A DNA stretch of 64,000 nucleotides, from the NCBI GenBank assembly GCA_964016885.1, contig OZ024760.1:2790001-2854000 (forward strand), in the 5' to 3' direction. This DNA comes from Eledone cirrhosa. Its lineage: Eukaryota. Of the stretch, positions 54,037 to 64,000 are shown one piece after another. The position numbers and the translations under genes are program-made. The notes beneath the pieces were generated by a model that worked only from the letters and a program-made list of their open reading frames with translations, was not told the origin of the DNA and did no database searches. Numbering within the stretch: position 1 is the stretch's first letter; each line of letters begins with the position of its first letter.

Positions 54037-56060
54037 GTGTATATATACACACACATACATTTACATATATACGCACATACATATATACATACACACACAC
54101 ACACACGTACATACATATACGCACACATACATATATAAACACACACATATACACACACCTCACTCACACACACATACACACCACCCCACACACTAACCCC
54201 ATCTGCACACACACACACATACACACAGCCAAGTATATGTGTGAAATAGTAACTGCATATTATATGGCCATGTATAACATTACATTTCATTTCGCCAGCT
54301 TTAATCTTACTGATTCCTCTGCACTGATACTTCCTGCCATTAAAAGACATTGGTTCTAAAGAGAAATATTGTATTTTCTCATTTTCCTGACAGTTTCTTC
54401 TTCTCAAATGTATTAAACAACTCTCTGTCTGTGTGTATGTATGTATATATGTGTGTATGTATATATGTGTGCATATATATATATATATATTGTAACTTAT
54501 TTACATTATTCTTAAATCTGAAGCCGAGAATCATTCAGTTTCCTAAATAGAATTTTAGTCTACGACTTCAGTTATACCATAAACGTGGTTTTGCTTTTGT
54601 GTGTAATTGTTCTCATCACTCCACATAACGATGTATTATATTCGTATTTTCCGTTCATTGCCAGAGAACGTCTCCAAGAACCACCTAATTGAATATTAGT
54701 CTATGGCTTCATTTATACCATAAACGTGGTTTTGTCTTTGCATGTAATTGTTTTCACCGCTCCATATAATGACGTATTATATTCGTTTTTTTCCGTTCTT
54801 TGCCAGGGAACGTTTCCACGAACCAAAGTATTGTCTTCCTGTCTTCCTTCGGCTGCAACGGTTTTCGAAATATTTACTTCTGCGTTCACAGATTGATTTT
54901 TTTTTTAGTTTCAGAAGATCCCGTTAAGGGTGAACGCAGCGATTCTTTGCTTAAACTTTAATTTGTTATTTTAATAAATATATATATATATCAGACAGTC
55001 TTGAGCAAGACAACCAATCTTGCCTCAAGTGGGACAATTCCCGTCCAGACCCATGCTAACATGGAAGATAAACGTTAAACGATGATGATGATGATGATGA
55101 TGATGATATATATCATCATCATCATCGTTTAACGTTTATCTTCCACGTTAGCATGGGTTAGATAGGAATTATCCCATTTGAAGCAAGATTGGTCGGGTGA
55201 CCGGATCTCGCTTGTATAGGGCTATCTAGCAGGTTTTCTACAGCTAGCTGCCCCTGCTAACACCAACCACATTACAGCGTGGACTGTATTTTTTTATTTT
55301 ATATATATGTATATGCATGTATATATACAATGATATTAAATAACTGGAAACTATATTTATAAAACCATATTTATTCTATTATATATATTTATAAAACCAT
55401 AATATAAAACCATAATATAAAACCATTTATAAAACCATATTTATTCAGTAGGCATCTCTAACAAAATACACCCCCGTCCCACCACCCCCACCCCATCCAC
55501 ACCGCCCCTTTCAATGTAAAGTTATGTTGGTGCCACAACATCCAGGCCGAAACAAATGAGATTGTGTAGGTGTCACGTCAAAAAACACACAGTTCACGCT
55601 GTAATGTGGCCGTGTAGGCAACACGGTAAAAACCTCCCAGCCCCACACTGTAAATGTGGTTGGTGTTAGAAAGGGCATCCAGCTGTAGAAAACCCGCCAG
55701 ATAGTCCTATGCGAGCAAGATAACCACTCTTGCCTCAAGTGGGAAAACCCTCCGTCCAAACCCATGTAAGCGTGGAACACGGACGTTAAACGATGATGAT
55801 GATGATGATGATTCTATTATATATAACATTTGGTATGCTTTCATCAGATAAAATGTATGTATGTATATATATATGTATGTATAGTTCTCCTTTTCGGGTG
55901 GTGTTTTCGATGCTCAGAGAGAAAGTGGGATTGGTCGAGTGCAAGGCCTTTCCCCACTTAAAAAACCTTCAAAGCACAGGCATTGCTTGTTCGGGATATG
56001 TTACAGGTTCGTGTGGCTGGCCATAGCCTAAAAGTGCACCAAACTCTATAATCTGACAAG

Positions 56061-56144
56061 TGATTGCAATACTCTTAGCAGAGTTTGCAGCCATTATATA
56101 TGTGTATATAATGGCTGCAAACTCTGCTAAGAGTATTGCAATCA
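56061..56144. repeat. Perfect 40-bp-arm hairpin
   Basis: tgattgcaatactcttagcagagtttgcagccattatata-tgtg-exact reverse complement. Confidence 0.95.
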
Positions 56145-56339
56145 TAGGGCGGTGAATTGGCAGTATCGGTAGAGGGTCGGACGCCATGCTTTGACGTATA
56201 GAGTTACGGCCCTTGCCATTCTGAGTTCAAATCCCGCCGAGGTTAACTTTGCCTTTCATCCTTACGGGGTCGATAAAATAAAGTACCAGTAATCTACTGG
56301 GTTATTGCTGGCCTTGTGCCTAAAGTAGAAACAATTATA

Positions 56340-59300
56340 TATGTGTATATATATATATGTGTGTATTTCTGTATGTGTATTTCTGTATGTGTATATCTGT
56401 ATATGTGTATGTATATCTGTATGTGTGTATATCTCTGTATGTGTGTATATCTGTGTATGTGTATATCTGTATGTGCATGTATCTATGCATGTGTATGTAT
56501 ATCTGTATGTGTGTATATCTGTGTATATATGTATATCTGTATGTGTGTATATCTGTGTAAGTGTGTATATATGTATATCTGTATATGTATATATGTATAT
56601 GTGTGTATCTGTTTAAGTGTATGTATGTGTGTATATCTGTATGTGTGTATATCTGTAGGTGTATATATGTATATATGTATATATGTGTATCTGTGTAAGT
56701 GTATGTATGTGTGTATATCTGTATGTGTATATCTGTATGTGTATATATGTATATCTGTATATATGTATATCTGTGTAAGTGTATGTATGTGTGTATATCT
56801 GTATGTGTGTATATCTGTATGTGTGTATATCTGTATGTGTGTATATCTGTATGTGTATATCTGTATGTGTGTATATCTGTATGTGTATATCTGTATGTGT
56901 ATATATGTATATATGTGTATCTGTGTAAGTGTATGTATCTGTGTATATCTGTATGTGTGTATATCTGTAGGTGTATATATGTATATATGTATATATGTAT
57001 ATATGTATATATGTGTATCTGCGTAAGTGTATGTATGTGTGTATATCTGTATGTGTGTATATCTGTATGTGTGTATATCTGTATGTGTATATCTGTAGGT
57101 GTATATATGTATATCTGTATATGTATATATGTATATATCTGTGTAAGTGTATGTATGTGTGTATATCTGTATGTGTATATCTGTATGTGTATATATGTAT
57201 ATCTGTATGTGTATATATCTGTGTAAGTGTATGTATGTGTGTATATCTGTATGTTTATATCTATGTGTATATCTATGTGTATATATGTATATCTGTATAT
57301 GTATATATGTATATCTGTGTAAGTGTATGTATGTATGTATATCTGTATGTGTGTATATCTGTAGGTGTATATATGTACATCTGTATATGTATATATGTAT
57401 ATATGTGTATCTGTATAAGTGTATGTATGCGTGTATATCTGTATGTGTATATCTGTATGTGTATATCTGTATGTGTATATATGTATATCTGTATATGTAT
57501 ATATGTATATGTGTGTATCTGCGTAAGTGTATGTATGTGTGTATATCTGTATGTGTGTATATCTGTATGTGTATATCTGTAGGTGTATATATGTATATCT
57601 GTATGTGTATATATCTGTGTAAGTGTATGTATGTGTGTATATCTGTATGTGTGTATATCTGTATGTGTATATATGTATATCTGTATGTGTATATATCTGT
57701 GTAAGTGTATGTATGTGTGTATATCTGTATGTGTGTATATGTGTGTATCTGCGTAAGTGTGTATATCTGTATGTGTGTATCTATGTATGTGTGTATATCT
57801 GTATGTGTGTATATGTATATGTGTATCTGTTTAAGTGTATGTATGTGTGTATATCTGTATGTGTATATATCTGTATGTGTATATCTATGTGTATATATGT
57901 ATATCTGTATATCTGTATATGTGTATATCTGTATGTGTGTATATATGTATATCTGTATATCTGTATATGTGTATATCTGTATGTGTATATATGTATATCT
58001 GTATATGTATATATGTATATATGTGTATCTGTGTAAGTGTATGTGTGTATATCTGTATGTGTGTATATCTGTAGGTGTATATATGTACATCTGTATATGT
58101 ATATATGTATATATGTGTATCTGTGTAAGTGTATGTATCTGTGTATATCTGTATATCTGTATGTGTGTATATATGTGTATCTGTGTAAGTGTATGTATCT
58201 GTGTATATCTGTATGTGTGTATATATGTGTATCTGTGTAAGTGTATGTATCTGTGTATATCTGTATGTGTGTATATATGTGTATCTGTATAAGTGTATGT
58301 ATGTGTGTATATCTGTATGTGTATATATGTATATCTGTATATGTATATATGTATATATGTGTATCTGTGTAAGTGTATGTATCTGTGTATATCTGTATGT
58401 GTGTATATATGTGTATCTGTGTAAGTGTATGTATCTGTGTATATCTGTATGTGTGTATATATGTGTATCTGTGTAAGTGTATGTATCTGCGTATATCTGT
58501 ATGTGTGTATATATGTGTATCTGTATAAGTGTATGTATGTGTGTATATCTGTATGTCTATATATGTATATCTGTATATGTATATATGTATATATGTGTAT
58601 CTGTGTAAGTGTATGTATCTGTGTATATCTGTATGTGTGTATATATGTGTATCTGTGTAAGTGTATGTATCTGTGTATATCTGTATGTGTGTATATATGT
58701 GTATCTGTGTAAGTGTATGTATGTGTGTATATCTGTATGTGTGTATATGTGTGTATCTGTGTAAGTGTATGTATCTGTGTATATCTGTATGTGTGTATAT
58801 ATGTGTATCTGTATAAGTGTATGTATGTGTGTATATCTGTATGTGTATATATGTATATCTGTATATGTATATATGTATATATGTGTATCTGTGTAAGTGT
58901 ATGTATCTGTGTATATCTGTATGTGTGTATATATGTGTATCTGTGTAAGTGTATGTATCTGTGTATATCTGTATGTGTGTATATATGTGTATCTGTGTAA
59001 GTGTATGTATCTGCGTATATCTGTATGTGTGTATATATGTGTATCTGTATAAGTGTATGTATGTGTGTATATCTGTATGTCTATATATGTATATCTGTAT
59101 ATGTATATATGTATATATGTGTATCTGTGTAAGTGTATGTATCTGTGTATATCTGTATGTGTGTATATATGTGTATCTGTGTAAGTGTATGTATCTGTGT
59201 ATATCTGTATGTGTGTATATATGTGTATCTGTGTAAGTGTATGTATGTGTGTATATCTGTATGTGTGTATATGTGTGTATCTGCGTAAGTGTGTAAATCT

Positions 59301-59715
59301 GTATGTGTATATCTGTATGTGTGTATCTATATATGTGTGTATATCTGTATGTGTATATATGTATATGTGTGTATCTGTGTAAGTGTATGTATCTGTGTAT
59401 TTCTCTATGTGTGTATATCTGTATGTGTATATCTGTGTATGTGTGTGTATATATGTATATGGATGTATCTGTGTATATCTGTATGTGTGTATCTATGTAT
59501 GTGTGTATATCTGTATGTGTATATCTGTGTATGTGTGTGTATATATGTATATGTATGTATATGTATGTATCTGTGTATATCTGTATGTGTGTATCTATGT
59601 ATGTGTGTATATCTGTACGTGTATATATCTGTGTATGTGTGTGTATATGTATGTGTGTATATATGTGTATGTGTGTGTGTATATGTATGTATCTGTGTAT
59701 ATGTATGTACATATG
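56340..59715. repeat. 3.4-kb compound (TA/TG/ATCT) satellite with higher-order units
   Basis: Recurrent gtatatctgtatgt and gtatctgtgtaagtgtatgt motifs. Confidence 0.95.
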
Positions 59716-60728
59716 TAATTCTAACAATCACCCAGAGTTCTGTCGCACGTCTTCCATAATATAAAGTGATGAGAGATGTAGAGGCTGCTCTTTGTTGTCC
59801 ATTAACTAAATCACGGATGTATTTACCTGCATTTTATTTCTTTGACAACAGGTAAAGCCAATCATCACCATCACCACTGTCACCACCACCACCACCCCCA
59901 CCACCATCACTGCCACTGTCACCAGCACCACCACCACCACCACCATCACTGCCACTGTCACCAGCACCACCACCACCACCACCATCACTGCCACTGTCAC
60001 CAGCACCACCACCACCACCACCATCACTGCCACTGTCACCAGCACCACCACCACCACCATCACTGTCACCAGCACCGCCACCATTACCATCATTGTCACC
60101 ACCACCACCATCACTACCACTGTCACCAGCACCACCACCACCAACACCGTCACCATTACCATCACTGTCTTCACCACCATCACCACCACTATCATCACCA
60201 CCACCACCACTGCCACCATTACCATCACTGTCACCATCACCATCACCACCACCACTATCATCAACACCAACATCACCGCCACTGTCATCTCCCCATCACC
60301 ATCACCACAGCAACCATTACCATCACTGTCATCATCACCCCACCATCACCATCACCACTGTCACATCACCATCACCACCACAACCATTACCATCACTGTC
60401 ATCATCACCCCCACCATCACCATCACCACTGTCACATCACCATCACTACTGTCACCATCACCACTGTCACATCACCATCACCACTGTCACCATCACCACC
60501 ATCTTGACAGTTTCTTATCAACTTTACATATATAACTATAATACTAGCCACTCTCACCACCCCTGGGACTATATTCTCTATTTCAAGGAAGTAATGAAGA
60601 ATCTTGAGGGATTTACCAAAATTATTAATTAATTCATTACTAAGATATTTCTTATATAAAATTGTGTTGAAAAACTTTAAATTTAAATAGTAACTCTTTA
60701 AAATCTCTAGGTTTGTCACAACACTTTA

Positions 60729-61320
60729 TCATCATCATCATCATCATCATCGTTTAACGTCCATCTTCCACGCTTGCATGGGTTTGGACGGGAGTTTTCC
60801 CACTTGAGGCAAGATTGGTTGTCTTGCTCGTATAGGACTGTCTGGCGGGTTTTCTACGGCTGGATGCCCTTCATAACACCAACCATGTTTACAGTGTGGA
60901 CTGGGAGGTTTTTACCGTGTTACCTACATGGCCACATTACAGCGTGGACTGTGTTTTTTTTTTCGTGACACCTACACGACCTCATTTATTTCGGACAGGA
61001 TGTTGTGGTACCAACATAACTTTACATCGAAAGGGGTGGTGTGGATGGGGTGGGGGTAGTGGGACGGGGGTGTATTTTTGTTAGAGGTGCCTACTGACTG
61101 TAGGTTTCGCTTTGTACTTAGGCAAGGCGGGTCTTCTGTATTACTGTGTAGCGCCAAAGATCTTGGTCCAGTGACATTGTCTTGGAGAGGTGTAAGTGTG
61201 TGAGGTCGGAATTTATCAAGTCGTCCCAGGTTTTTCTGGGTCTGCCTACTCCGTGGCTACCGTCTATTTTTATCGCCCTGCACTTTTTTATACAGCTGTT
61301 GTCTTTCATGTGCATCACGT
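60729..61320 (-). mobile_element. RTE LINE 3' end (ORF end + UTR + (GAT)n)
   Basis: MKDNSCIKKCR..GVGRPRKTWDDLINSDL..DLWR contiguous with the common 3' UTR repeat. Confidence 0.9.
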
Positions 61321-61324
61321 GACT

Positions 61325-61922
61325 TTAATGTATCACAATACAGTGTGTCACAATACAGTGTGTCACACCACTTTAGTGTATCACAACACTTTAGTGTATC
61401 ACAACACTAGTGTATCACAATACATTAGTGTGTAACAACACTTTAGTGTGTCACCAATAATCTCTAGGTATGCCATGACAATTTAGTGTCATCAATAATC
61501 TGTAGGTGTGTCACAAGACTACTGTGTCATAACACTTTAGTGTGTCACACCATGTTAGTTTGTCACTGATAATCTCTAGGTGTCACACAACAGTTTAGTG
61601 TGTTATTAACATTCTTTAGGTGTGTCACAACAGTTTAGTGTGTTATCAACATTCTTTAGGTGTGTCACAACAGTTTTGTGTGTTACCAGTACTCGCTAGG
61701 TAAGTTTAGTGTGTTATCAACATTCTTTAGGTGTACCACAACAGTTTTGTGTGTTACCAGTACTCGCTAGGTGTGTCACAACAGTTTTGTGTGTTACCAG
61801 TACTCGCTAGGTGTGTCACAACAGTTTTGTGTGTTACCAGTACTCGCTAGGTAAGTTTAGTGTGTTATCAACATTCTTTAGGTGTGTCACAACAGTTTTG
61901 TGTGTTACCAGTACTCGCTAGG
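61325..61922. repeat. Degenerate ~40-bp minisatellite
   Basis: ggtgtgtcacaacagttttgtgtgttaccagtactcgcta and variant ..ttatcaacattctttagg. Confidence 0.85.
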
Positions 61923-63237
61923 TATAGCGTGAAATTGAATCAAATCTAATATTTCACAAATCACCAATATTTGGCTGTGAAGTATATATTTGAGATCTGA
62001 CATTCTTGTGTTCAATTATATTTGACTGGTGATATGGGTTATGATATTTAATTATTTCTCAATTACTTTCATTATTATTGGGTTTGATAACAAAGCTAAA
62101 TTAACCACTTTGATACCAACCTGTTCAAAGCTAGCTCTGGTTCTATGAAACAGAACTATCCATTTTAAATTTAAGGGCAGTGACTTGGCAGAGTTGTTAA
62201 AACATTGGATAGAATGGTTTGCAGTATTTATTTCAGCTCTCTGCTTTCTGAGTTCAAATTCTGCTGAGGTCAACTTTGCTTTTCATCCATTGGAGGTCGA
62301 TAAAAAAAGTACCAGTCTAGTACTGGGGTTTATTTCTTTCTCTATATCTCTTTCTCACATCCATTCTCTCACTCTCTCTCTATCCTTCTCTGAAAGAAAT
62401 CTACTGCATTCAGACCTGGAGAGGAGATGGTCCATCAATTGATATGAATTAAAATCTTCCAATATAATTATTTATAAAAACGATATGTTATGCTACTCTT
62501 AGTATAATGAATTATGTAATAATTTTAGTAAATCTTTCTAAATTCTTCATTAAAACTTTTGATACTAACATTAGCCAAAACCAGCTCTGGTTCTATGAAA
62601 CAAAATCATCCAGTTTAACCCTTTAGCATTGACATTAATCTATATTTACTAATAAAGTACCAGTAATGCACTGGGTAATTGCTGGCCTTGTGCCTAACGT
62701 AGAAACAATTAATCTATATTTACTAATATTTTCACGGTAAAGGCTTTACCTCACATAATTATTTCACATAATATTGAATCTATGAGAAATACTTCAAGCA
62801 AACTTCAATACTCTCTTGATATTATTTATTTTGAGAACAGTACCTTAACATCAGTATGAGCAGTCGGTCACAGCTGGTTTGAACAGAAAGTTCAAATCCT
62901 GTTTAAATGCTAATGGGTTAAAGGGTTCCTATTTAAATTAATATCTTCCAACATGATTTATAGAAGAAGCATATGTTATATTACTATCTTAGTAAAATTA
63001 ATAATTTCAAAAAGTTCTTCGTTAATCGTTGTATATACTCAAATATAAACTGTTCCCCCATACCACTATTTTATGTCTTAGAAATAGGTGAAAATCCAAA
63101 TCCTGTTTATAAACCGAGACAGCTAATTAACACATTGTTTAGATGGTGTATATAAGCTAACCTCCCGTTTTACTGTATATTTTTTTGTCACATATTCCTC
63201 AGCTTATATTTGAGTATATATATATATATATATATAG

Positions 63238-63437
63238 TAATAATAATAAATTTGAAGATTAAAATCCAAAGAGGGCTCGATAAGGATAAATATATATCAA
63301 ATATATAAGAACCGTAGAGCAAATATTTATTAAAATAACAGATTAAAGTTTAAGCAAAGAATCACTGCTTTCACCCTTAACGGGATTTTCTGAAATAGTT
63401 TCAGAAGATCCCGTTAAGGGTGAAAGCAGCGATAAAT
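63238..63437. mobile_element. Family C terminal fragment with fold-back, in (TA)n
   Basis: ctgctttcacccttaacgggat..ctgaaa-tag-tttcagaagatcccgttaagggtgaaagcag. Confidence 0.75.
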
Positions 63438-63899
63438 ATATATATATATATTTTTTTTTTTTTAAATCGATTGGCAAGATCCCAGACTTCATTCGCTTGC
63501 CTAATGGGGTGGACCTCATCAAATTGGACCAACGAAACAATGTTCAATGTTTCGATTGGTCTTTCCTATGCTGATACTATCTACAGGTGGCAACTTCTGG
63601 CAGAAAGAGCAACGTGAAATAAAATGACTAGCTCAAGGACACAACACATCGCCTAGTCTGAGAATTGAACTCACATCACTCCCTCACTATTGCGAGTCCA
63701 ACTCTCTATCCATTAAGCCATGTGCCTTGCTTATTCAAGTATATACAGTAATTGAAAAAGAGTATATCATTTGAAATATGGTCATAAAAGCATTTCAACA
63801 TCAAATTTTGTAATAAAAAATGTATCTTACACACCAGAAAATATGATATATGCTATTAATAAAATTCCTTTTCATGCAAAAATATGTAATTTCTCAGGC

Positions 63900-63939
<40 letters not shown>

Positions 63940-64000
63940 TATTATTATTGTTGCTGTTGTTTTTGTTGTTATTATACTTTTTTTTTCTTTAGAAATTTTA

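Noticed and set aside
59842-60632. His-rich, Pro-rich or Thr-rich protein exon
   Set aside because: Degenerate (CAC)n tract open in several frames; similar tracts at 23350 and 29465; no independent coding evidence

Overview
AT-rich, repeat-saturated eukaryotic DNA with no intact protein-coding gene that I can support. The mix of (TA)n/(CA)n microsatellites, tRNA-derived SINEs and RTE LINEs ending in (GAT)n most resembles an octopus (coleoid cephalopod) intron or intergenic region; this is an inference. Nearly all long ORFs in the track are microsatellite artefacts. Recognisable content: decayed non-LTR retrotransposons (RTE, CR1-like, R4/Dong-like, Tx1/L1-like), a Penelope-like GIY-YIG remnant, two SINE families, TTAA-flanked piggyBac-type MITEs, Tc1/mariner remnants, non-autonomous Helitrons and several minisatellites that grew out of TE sequence. 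The most interesting signal is a dense set of short, often fold-back elements sitting in (TA)n tracts, from at least six unrelated sequence families. They carry type-I hammerhead ribozyme motifs with palindromic stem-III loops; the best-preserved are at 52418-52472, 40551-40619, 8149-8226, 29028-29093 and 2025-2105. In several families the inversion breakpoint falls on the ribozyme's own helices. Also notable are two independent 61-bp arrays amplified from the same hairpin-bounded CR1 segment and a candidate TATA/Inr promoter with a short first exon near 46.4 kb. All structures were read by eye; nothing was computed or searched.
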